Source of the DNA: Deinococcaceae bacterium
Lineage (GTDB): Bacteria; Deinococcota; Deinococci; Deinococcales; Trueperaceae
Direction: 5' to 3'
Length of the DNA: 13,583 nucleotides
Assembly (NCBI GenBank): GCA_040256005.1
Contig: JBDZWC010000083.1
Location: forward strand, 1 to 13,583
Below are positions 1 through 6,686 of the stretch, one piece after another. Positions within the stretch are counted from its first letter, which is position 1. Each line of letters starts with the position of its first letter. A model generated the notes under the pieces. The model did no database searches and had not been told where the DNA came from. It saw only the letters and a list, made by a program, of their open reading frames with translations. The translations under genes and the position numbers were made by a program.

Positions 1-601
1 TATCCGGCGGACCGGCGTTATCCGGCGGCCCAGCGTTATCCGGCGGACCGGCGTTGTCAGGCGGACCGGCGTTGTCAGGCGGACCGGCGTCATCCGGCGG
101 CCCAGCGTCATCCGGCGGACCGGCGTCATCAGGCGGGCCCGCACCGTCGGGTGGGCCCGCGTCATCGGGTGGGCCCGCGTCATCCGGCGGGCCGGCGTCG
201 TCGGGCGGGCCAGCACCGTCAGGCGGCCCTGCCTGCCCGGGGTTGCCCGTGACCCTGGCCCCGTTGTCACCCGCACCGCGTACCGCGACCTGGACCTGCA
301 CGAAGCCGGCCTGGGAGGCGAGCGAACGAACGTCTGCCTGTTCCACGAACAGGGTGCCGTCGCGGACCATCACTGTCGCGACCAGCACCTCACCGTCCGG
401 CGTAGTGAGCACGAGGGTGCCCTCACCGGAGAAACCCGCCAGCAACTCGAGCTCGAAACCGGTGCCGCCGAAGAGCCTGCCGACACCGACGATCCTGCCG
501 TCCTCGGCAGTGACCAGCACCTCCGCGTCAGGGGGGAAGTCGAGGGCGAACGCCCACGACAGCCCTATGACAGCGAGGAGTGTGGTCAACTTCCGCCTCA
601 C
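1..601 (-). CDS. Secreted hypothetical protein with a small beta-rich N-terminal domain and a C-terminal (AGPPD[G/D/N])n repeat tail; 3' end lies outside the window
   Basis: Hand translation from GTG at 601-599 gives MRRKLTTLLAVIGLSWAFA|LDFPPDAEVLVTAEDGRIVGVGRLFGGTGFELELLAGFSGEGTLVLTTPDGEVLVATVMVRDGTLFVEQADVRSLASQAGFVQVQVAVRGAGDNGARVTGNPGQ followed by AGPPDx repeats; 200 codons with no stop. Sec signal peptide (basic N-region, hydrophobic core, A-F-A cleavage site). SD-like GGGGAAGGA 5 nt upstream. Not in the ORF track because its stop is off-window. Confidence 0.88.
   Translation of the reverse strand, partial: MRRKLTTLLAVIGLSWAFALDFPPDAEVLVTAEDGRIVGVGRLFGGTGFELELLAGFSGEGTLVLTTPDGEVLVATVMVRDGTLFVEQADVRSLASQAGFVQVQVAVRGAGDNGARVTGNPGQAGPPDGAGPPDDAGPPDDAGPPDDAGPPDGAGPPDDAGPPDDAGPPDDAGPPDNAGPPDNAGPPDNAGPPDNAGPPD
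2..232 (-). repeat. 18-bp coding tandem repeat, at least 13 units, encoding AGPPD[G/D/N]
   Basis: AGPPD units at 218-232, 200-214, and so on down to 2-16 with an exact 18-bp period. Variation within AGPPD is confined to wobble positions. The sixth residue in protein order is G,D,D,D,G,D,D,D,N,N,N,N. Truncated by the window edge. Confidence 0.97.
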
Positions 602-642
602 GACAGTCCTTCCCCGAAGCACCGATGCGGCGTTCGTGACTC

Positions 643-675
643 AGTCTGATCAGAAGCACTTACGCCAAACTTACG
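643..675 (-). promoter_or_regulatory. Putative OmpR/PhoB-type activated promoter: CGTAAGT-N4-CGTAAGT direct repeat plus -10-like CAGACT
   Basis: + strand ACTTACG at 658-664 and 669-675 (perfect 7-mers, period 11). On the - strand these are followed after 9 nt by CAGACT (648-643), upstream of the SD and GTG of the repeat protein. Confidence 0.65.
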
Positions 676-752
676 GGCGATAATTCTCTTCAAACTCAGT
701 TCACGACGAGGAAAGTCCGTTAGCCCCGCTCGTCCGGCGCGCGCCCAGACCA

Positions 753-2060
753 TCAAGCGACCCCCGCCGGCGCTGCGTCATCCGCATCGTGGGCCTCTCT
801 GAGCCTGGCCGCGAGCGTGGGCAGACGCACCTCGAACGTGCTCCCCTCACCCAGGGCCGAGCGGATCCTCAGCTCTCCCTCGTGCTGCTCGACGAGCCGC
901 TTGCATACGGTCAGCCCGACCCCGACCCCGCCCGCTCGACTGAAGCCGTGGTCGAAGATGCGCGCCACGGTCTCCTCGCTCATCCCCGGGCCGTCGTCCC
1001 TCACACTGACCACCGCCACGTCGCCGTCCTGTCGCAGGCTCACCTCGACAGCTTCCCGACTCTCGACCGACTGGATCGCGTTCCGCACCAGGTTGCGCAC
1101 GACCTGCGTCAGCCGCTCCGGGTCCCCCACGACCTCCAGGCGCTCGCCCAGCTGGAGCCTCACCTCGGGGTACTCGTCGCCCACGCGGCTAACCACCTGC
1201 CTGAGGTCCACGACCCGAGGCTTCAACTCGCGCTCCAGCTCGCCCCGGGCCAGCTGCAGCAGGTCCTGCGACGTGCGCAGCAGCTCCCGCGTGCCGTCGG
1301 CGGCGGCCCTCACCCGACTGTCCTCGGGGTGCTCGTCCCGCACCGCACCCAGGTGGTAGTTCACCAGGGTCAGCGGCGCGGCCAGCTCGTGCGAGACCTC
1401 GAGGAGGAACTCCCGCTCGGCGCGCTTGCGCTCCTGTATCGCGCTCAACGCGGTGTTGAGGGCGGACACCAGGTCGCCGAGCTCGTCCGGAGGCCCGGCG
1501 TAAGGCACGGCGGCCGGGGAGGCCGGGTCCACAGCCCGCGCCCTCTTGGACACCTCGGCCAGCGGCGCGAGCATGCGCCGCGCGGCGAGGAACGCGGCGG
1601 CTCCAGCTACGAGGACGACGATGACAGCCGCGCCCAGAAGGCTGGCGACGAGGCCGGTCCTGACCGCCAACGCGGCCGTCACGTCGTGAGCCAGGCGCAC
1701 GCTGCCCTCCGTACTGGGCCACACGCCCGTCGTGACGATGTAGGTGCGACCGCCCAGGTCCATGAGCGTGGGCTCGTCGACGACCGGCAGTAGCTCGGCG
1801 CCGCCCCAGTCGAAGGCGACCTGGCCGTCAGGAGACACGAGTTGGAGGATCACGCCGTCCGCGTCGCCAGGGGCGAAGGAGGCGCCCAGCGTCGGTCGGT
1901 CGAGGAGCGCTGTCACGCGCTGCAGGTCCTCGCTGAGGATCAGCTGCAACTGCTCGCGCTGTTGCTGGGTGAAGACGCTGTAGGCGAGGGCGCCGAAGCC
2001 CGCGACGATCGCGATCGTGAGACCGACGGCCGCGAGGCCCAGTCGCGTCCTCAGCGTCAT
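753..2060 (-). CDS. Membrane sensor histidine kinase (2 TM, HAMP, HisKA, HATPase_c)
   Basis: Two hydrophobic segments flank a ~100 aa external domain. HAMP (LAPLAEVS...PDELGDLVSALN), H-box EVSHELAAPLT, N-box RLTQVVRNLVRNAI, G1 VRDDGPGM, G2 GGVGVGL, terminal GEGSTFEVRLP. Its ATG directly follows the regulator's TAG. Confidence 0.96.
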   Translation of the reverse strand: MTLRTRLGLAAVGLTIAIVAGFGALAYSVFTQQQREQLQLILSEDLQRVTALLDRPTLGASFAPGDADGVILQLVSPDGQVAFDWGGAELLPVVDEPTLMDLGGRTYIVTTGVWPSTEGSVRLAHDVTAALAVRTGLVASLLGAAVIVVLVAGAAAFLAARRMLAPLAEVSKRARAVDPASPAAVPYAGPPDELGDLVSALNTALSAIQERKRAEREFLLEVSHELAAPLTLVNYHLGAVRDEHPEDSRVRAAADGTRELLRTSQDLLQLARGELERELKPRVVDLRQVVSRVGDEYPEVRLQLGERLEVVGDPERLTQVVRNLVRNAIQSVESREAVEVSLRQDGDVAVVSVRDDGPGMSEETVARIFDHGFSRAGGVGVGLTVCKRLVEQHEGELRIRSALGEGSTFEVRLPTLAARLREAHDADDAAPAGVA

Positions 2061-2726
2061 CTAGTCCCTTTCTCTGGTCACGTAGCCGAGCCCCCTGACG
2101 GTCTCGACCAGGTCCCTCACACCGGCGGCCGCCAGCTTGCTGCGCAGCCGCGACACCAGCACCTCCACGGCGTTCGAACTGGGCGGGGCCTCCCTGTAGA
2201 GGCGGTCCTCGATCGTGGCCTTCGAGAACACGCGACCCTGGTTCGCCATCAGCAGCTCCAGGAGGGCGAACTCCTGCGCGGTGAGGTCCAGGATCTCGTC
2301 GTTCACGACGCACGTGCGATCCAGGACCGAGAGCGTGACGCCGGCCACCGAGTACTCGTCCTGCCGACCGCGGCTGCGCATCTGAGCGTAGACCCGGGCC
2401 AGCAGCTCCTGCATGTCGAACGGCTTCGCCACGTAGTCGGCGGCTCCGATGTAGAGGCCCGCCACCCGGCTGCGCACGTCAGCCCGCGCCGTGAGCATGA
2501 GGATGGACGCGCGGTTGCCCTTGAGCTCCGCAGCCACGTCAAGGCCGTCCATGTCGGGCAGTCCGAGGTCGAGGACGATGAGATCGAACGGCTCGTTCTC
2601 GGCCTTCTCGAGCGCCTCCTTGCCGGTAGAGACGACGACCGTGTCGTACGACCGCACCAGCTCGGCCTCCAGCACGCGAGCCAGGTTGGGGTCGTCCTCG
2701 ACGATAAGGATGCGTTCGCGGTCCAC
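2061..2726 (-). CDS. OmpR/PhoB-family DNA-binding response regulator
   Basis: REC motifs ILIVEDD, DLIVLDLGLPDMDG (phosphoacceptor Asp), MLTARA and DYVAKPF. Winged helix LTAQEFALLELL...NAVEVLVSRLRSKL...ETVRGLGY. -10-like TAAGAT at 2743-2738, 11 nt upstream of the GTG. Confidence 0.97.
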   Translation of the reverse strand: MDRERILIVEDDPNLARVLEAELVRSYDTVVVSTGKEALEKAENEPFDLIVLDLGLPDMDGLDVAAELKGNRASILMLTARADVRSRVAGLYIGAADYVAKPFDMQELLARVYAQMRSRGRQDEYSVAGVTLSVLDRTCVVNDEILDLTAQEFALLELLMANQGRVFSKATIEDRLYREAPPSSNAVEVLVSRLRSKLAAAGVRDLVETVRGLGYVTRERD

Positions 2727-2800
2727 GACGGACTCGTATCTTATGACCGCCGGCCGAGTCAGTCGTGGCGCGGCCAGAACCGACGCTCAGAACCGGGCTC

Positions 2801-2806
2801 TAAGTT
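2801..2806 (+). promoter_or_regulatory. Putative -10 box of a leaderless transcript for the diguanylate cyclase
   Basis: TAAGTT lies 7 nt before ATG 2814 and no SD sequence is present. Confidence 0.55.
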
Positions 2807-2813
2807 GTTCGTG

Positions 2814-4562
2814 ATGTCAGGCGAACGGACCACGAGCTCGCGCCCGTGGGCTCACCTCGTAGGCGACCTGCGAGCGTACGCCGTGTTCACGCTGGACGCT
2901 GGCGCGGTCATCGACTCGTGGAACGCCGGGGTGCGAGAGCTCCTGGGCTACGAGGAGCACGAGTTCCTGGGCAAGCCCAGCAGCATCATCTTCACCCTCG
3001 AGGACCGTGTCGCCGGCGTGGACCAACGTGAGCTGGACGTCGCTCGCCGGCACGGCGAGGCCATGGACGACAGATGGCACGTCAGGAAGAACGGCTCGCG
3101 GCTGTGGGCGAACGGCATCATGCACGCCGTGAGGGGGCCGAGCGGCGAGCTCGTCGGCTACCTGAAGATCATGCGCGACCAGACCAAGAACCGCATCACC
3201 GAGGTGCGGCTGCGCGAGAGCGACCGGCGCTTCACGACGGCGTTCAAGAGCAACCCCAGCCCTGTGGCGCTGATCAAGCGGGACGACCTGCGTGTCCTGG
3301 ACATCAACGACGCGTTCAGCCGCACCTTCGGCCTTCACAGGCGCGACGTGATAGGTCGGACGCTCCGAGACATCGATGTCGAGCCCCCGGTGACGGGGTT
3401 CCCCGGGCTCCGCCAGGCCCTGAGCAAGGAGGAGCGCCTCACGGTGGAGGCGCCGTTCACCCGTGCGGACGGTTCGCCGGGCTACGGCACGTTCCTGTTC
3501 GAGCCGATAACCCTCGCTGAGGAGCCCCACGCCATGATGCTCGTGTACGACGTCACCGAGTGGCGACGTGCGCAGGTGGTGCTCGAGCGGCGCGCGGCCG
3601 AGCAATCGGTGTTCGCCGAGCTCGCCGCATCGACCTTGGCATCCAGGGACGTCCAGCCGACGCTGGACCTGGCGGCCAGGCGCGTCGCCCGCACGCTCCG
3701 TGCGGATCACGCCCGCGTCATCGAGGTCAAGGAGGGAAACACGCTCGTCCGGTCCAGCTTCGCGCCGGCAGAAGCACGCTCGAACCAGGAGACGCCCGTC
3801 CCTCGGATGCGTGAGATTGACCTCGGCCTGGTCGGGGTCGAGGTGCTCACCGTCGAGGAGCTGAAGCCCATGGGGATGTCCAGCGGGGTCCGCTTCCCCA
3901 TCCACGGTCACGGCGGCACGTTCGGGTTCCTGGAGGTCTTCGCCACCAGGCCGGACGCGTTCTCGCAGGACGACCAGGCGTTCCTCGGCGGCGTCACGTA
4001 CCTGTTGGCCGCGGCGATCGAGCAGCAGCGGCTCCACGACGAGCTGGAGCTACGAGCCGAGACCGACGACCTGACCGGCCTCCTCAAGCGCGTGCCCTTC
4101 GAACACCGTCTGTTGGCCGCCTTGGCCCAGTCGCAGCGGCATGGGACCAAGGTGGCGGTCCTGTTCATGGACCTGGACCTGTTCAAGGACATCAACGACT
4201 CGCTGGGCCATCACGCCGGCGACATGGTTCTCAACCAGGTGGCAGCCCGCATCAGGGAGGCGGTGCGTAGCTGGGACGTCGTGGCGCGCCATGGCGGCGA
4301 CGAGTTCGTGCTGTTCCTGCCCGACATCAAGGACAGGTCGGAGATCGAGCACGTGACGTCGCGGCTCCTCGAGGCCATGCGACGGCCCTACGACGTGGAG
4401 GGAGAGCTCGTGAACGTAGGCGCCACGATCGGCGTCGCCGTGTTCCCGGACGACGGCCTGGACGTGAAATCTCTCCTCGGGGCCGCCGACGCGGCGCTCT
4501 ACCGGGGCAAGTCGAGGGGCCGCGACACCTTCGAGTTCAGCTCGGACGAAGCGTTGCCATGA
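2814..4562 (+). CDS. Cytoplasmic diguanylate cyclase, PAS-PAS-GAF-GGDEF (582 aa from ATG 2814)
   Basis: PAS/PAC (YAVFTLD...SWNAGVRELLGY...HVRKNGSRLWA...LKIMRDQT), second PAS (FKSNPSPVALI...DINDAF), GAF (GMSSGVRFPI...FSQDDQAFL...LAAAIE) and GGDEF (DLDLFKDINDSLGHHAGD; RSWD at 4266-4277; GGDEF at 4293-4307; ADAALYRGK). The track's 1842 start overlaps the two-component genes antisense, so I shortened it. Confidence 0.95.
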   Translation: MSGERTTSSRPWAHLVGDLRAYAVFTLDAGAVIDSWNAGVRELLGYEEHEFLGKPSSIIFTLEDRVAGVDQRELDVARRHGEAMDDRWHVRKNGSRLWANGIMHAVRGPSGELVGYLKIMRDQTKNRITEVRLRESDRRFTTAFKSNPSPVALIKRDDLRVLDINDAFSRTFGLHRRDVIGRTLRDIDVEPPVTGFPGLRQALSKEERLTVEAPFTRADGSPGYGTFLFEPITLAEEPHAMMLVYDVTEWRRAQVVLERRAAEQSVFAELAASTLASRDVQPTLDLAARRVARTLRADHARVIEVKEGNTLVRSSFAPAEARSNQETPVPRMREIDLGLVGVEVLTVEELKPMGMSSGVRFPIHGHGGTFGFLEVFATRPDAFSQDDQAFLGGVTYLLAAAIEQQRLHDELELRAETDDLTGLLKRVPFEHRLLAALAQSQRHGTKVAVLFMDLDLFKDINDSLGHHAGDMVLNQVAARIREAVRSWDVVARHGGDEFVLFLPDIKDRSEIEHVTSRLLEAMRRPYDVEGELVNVGATIGVAVFPDDGLDVKSLLGAADAALYRGKSRGRDTFEFSSDEALP

Positions 4563-4629
4563 ACGGCTAGAGGTTCGCCCGCCGGCTGCCCGTCTTCCAT
4601 CCTGCGAGTACCCGGTAGCGAGCCGCCGC

Positions 4630-6576
4630 CTACCTCTGCCCCGTGGCCTCCAACGTCAACCCGACGAGTACGGGATCGTGGTCCGACGATCGGAACGGCG
4701 TCGGCTCGTAGAGCTGGGCTTGCGAACCGCGCTTGAAGGTCAGGTCGTAATCCAGGAGGTCGGGCTCGTCGGCATTGATGTGCCAGGCACCCGCACCCGT
4801 CACCTGAGCGGCCAGAGTGGGGCTGGCGAAGGCGTAGTCCAGGTAGCCCAGCTGCCCGTCGAACACGTACGTGTAGGCACCCTCGCCCTCGAAGCGCCGC
4901 AACAGGTCCACCCAGTCGTCCTCGGTTCCCTCCACACCGTCCTGGCCGGCGCCGAGAGCGCGGACGGGGTCCTCGTGGTCGTAGGAGTTCAGGTCGCCGA
5001 CGACGAGGAAGTCCGGGTCGCCCGAACGTGTAGGGTCGGAGCCGAGCCAGTCAAGGAGCAGCCGGGCCGCCAACGTGCGCGTGAGGTTGCAGTTGCCCTG
5101 CACCGGATCGTCGTCACCGCGACCGCACGCCTCGCCCTTGCTCTTGAGGTGGTTGACGACGAAGGTGAACCTCGCATGGCTGTTCAGGTCCTCGAACGTC
5201 TGCGCCAGGGCGGCGCGGTTCCGGTCCTCGCCCGTGTCGTTGGGATCCAGGAAGCCTGTGTCGTCAAGCACCGCCGGAGCCCCGACGGGCCGCAGCGCGG
5301 AGGACCGATAGACGATGGCCACCCTGATCGCGTCTATGCCCACCGGGCCGCCCGCGTCGACGTAGTCGTACGTGCCGCGCGCCGTCGCGTCGTTGAGGCC
5401 CTCCACGAGGTCACGGAGCGCCCCCTGGTCGGCGTCGTTCTCGATCTCGATGAGGCCGACGACGTGTGCGTCCAGAGCCGTGATGGCAGCGATGATCTTC
5501 GCGCGCTGGCGCTCGAACTCGCGCCGGTCGTCCGCCCCCCTGCAGTCATCGCGGCCCTCCGGCCCGCAGCCAACGGGCCCGAAATCCTCGAAGTAGTTGA
5601 GCACGTTGAACACGCCGGCCCTGACAGTGCCCCCCACGTCGGGCGGACGCTCCGGCCTGGGGTTGCGGCTGACGTACCCAGCGCCCTCGGTCGGCTCCAC
5701 GCGGTACGTCCCGAAGCCGTAGGAGAGCACACCCCTCACGCCCGTCAGAACGTCGCCGCCGCGGAACGCACGCTCGCGTGTGAAGGCGCCTCCGGCCGGA
5801 TGGCGCGCGGGCACCGGGTTCTCGGCGTCCCTGCCGTCGTCCAGCGTGATGCGGGACCTGAGGACGAGCTCAGCCGCGTCCTGGATCGCCGGATCAACAG
5901 GGTCCAGGAACGAGGTGGGCTGGTAGACGCGCGACCCGCCCGGTCCGGGTGCGGTGAGGACCACCTCTCCGAAGCGGTCGAAGTTGAAGTACTCGCTGAT
6001 CACCAGTTCTTGAGGGAACTCCACCAGCATGCCCTCGAAAGATTCCAGGTGCGACAGGTCGTCCACGGGCAGGGTCACGAGGGCGGGCGTGGGCAGCGCT
6101 GCAGTTTCGGCACAAACGACGACGTCCCGCACGCTCCTCAGCAGCGTCAGCCCGTCCGTCTCGCTGACGCGCCCGGTCAGCCGAACGATTTGACCGACCG
6201 CGACGTCTGGACGGCGCTCCCAGACGTATATGCCTTCCGAGGTTCTCGGGTCGCCGTCGACGTCCCGGTCCTCCTCTTGCAGGTAGAAGCCGCCGAGGTC
6301 CGTGTTCAACTCGTCGCCGTCGCCCGGCTGGAAGTCCCCTACCACTATGCCCTCGATCGTGACGACCTCGCCTGCCAGCTCGCTCGCCGGGCCGGAGCCC
6401 TGGACCGCGTGGATCTTCGTCGCGGGGGCGCCACACTGTGCGGGCGCGGCGGTCGCCCCCGCCGCCCGAGTAGCGGTTACCTGGCGCGCGATGGTGGCGG
6501 TACCGGCCGACGGCCCGGCACAGGCGGCCAGCAGTGCCGTTGAGAGTAGGAACAGGCGTCCGAGGCCGTTGGTCAT
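4630..6576 (-). CDS. ExeM/NucH-family extracellular endonuclease, predicted lipoprotein (OB-fold plus EEP domain)
   Basis: From ATG 6576: MTNGLGRLFLLSTALLAA|C lipobox (Cys codon 6522-6520). OB-like IHAVQGSG...VTIEGIVVGDFQ...GFYLQ...DGDPRTSEGIYV. EEP motifs FNVLNYF, LIEIEN, NHLKSKG, GDLNSY, LDYAF and SSDHDP. The track start at 6636 adds 20 residues in front of the signal peptide. Confidence 0.93.
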   Translation of the reverse strand: MTNGLGRLFLLSTALLAACAGPSAGTATIARQVTATRAAGATAAPAQCGAPATKIHAVQGSGPASELAGEVVTIEGIVVGDFQPGDGDELNTDLGGFYLQEEDRDVDGDPRTSEGIYVWERRPDVAVGQIVRLTGRVSETDGLTLLRSVRDVVVCAETAALPTPALVTLPVDDLSHLESFEGMLVEFPQELVISEYFNFDRFGEVVLTAPGPGGSRVYQPTSFLDPVDPAIQDAAELVLRSRITLDDGRDAENPVPARHPAGGAFTRERAFRGGDVLTGVRGVLSYGFGTYRVEPTEGAGYVSRNPRPERPPDVGGTVRAGVFNVLNYFEDFGPVGCGPEGRDDCRGADDRREFERQRAKIIAAITALDAHVVGLIEIENDADQGALRDLVEGLNDATARGTYDYVDAGGPVGIDAIRVAIVYRSSALRPVGAPAVLDDTGFLDPNDTGEDRNRAALAQTFEDLNSHARFTFVVNHLKSKGEACGRGDDDPVQGNCNLTRTLAARLLLDWLGSDPTRSGDPDFLVVGDLNSYDHEDPVRALGAGQDGVEGTEDDWVDLLRRFEGEGAYTYVFDGQLGYLDYAFASPTLAAQVTGAGAWHINADEPDLLDYDLTFKRGSQAQLYEPTPFRSSDHDPVLVGLTLEATGQR

Positions 6577-6674
6577 GACAGCCAGTTCTACCAGCACCGG
6601 GCGAGCATCAGCCAGACGCACCGGCGATCGCCGCACTCACGATGTCAGGGCACCGCGAGCGCTCCCACGCCGAC

Positions 6675-6680
6675 TACACT
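6675..6680 (+). promoter_or_regulatory. Putative -10 box of a leaderless transcript for the SARP-STAND regulator
   Basis: TACACT lies exactly 6 nt before the in-frame GTG at 6687, and the family's N-terminal motif (VRLLGTP) begins immediately after. Confidence 0.65.
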
Positions 6681-6686
6681 CGAACC

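Noticed and set aside
2..232. Repeat interpreted as a CRISPR array or collagen-like domain
   Set aside because: Units are contiguous 18-mers with no unique spacers and there are no cas genes. Gly is at every sixth position, not Gly-X-Y.
54..683. + strand ORF encoding SGGPAS repeats
   Set aside because: It is the antisense shadow of the AGPPDD gene and shares the same wobble positions. It starts at a TTG inside the repeat with no SD, while the - frame has an SD, a signal peptide and a promoter.
1842..2813. 324-aa N-terminal extension of the GGDEF ORF
   Set aside because: It lies antisense to the regulator and kinase with no recognisable domain. Stop-poor antisense frames are expected in high-GC DNA.
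4563..4629. Terminator between the cyclase and nuclease genes
   Set aside because: I could not find a convincing stem with a U-tract by eye.
4678..6543. Long antisense ORF of 621 aa (likewise 789-1793, 2817-4037 and 11788-13422)
   Set aside because: Each mirrors a motif-supported gene on the other strand and has no domain motifs of its own.
6594..6660. Three imperfect GCACCG(G)nCGA copies between the nuclease and the regulator (6594, 6618, 6650)
   Set aside because: Spacing is irregular (24 and 32 bp) and the motif is GC-rich, so chance is plausible; it does not show the 11-bp phasing next to a -10 seen at the other two sites.
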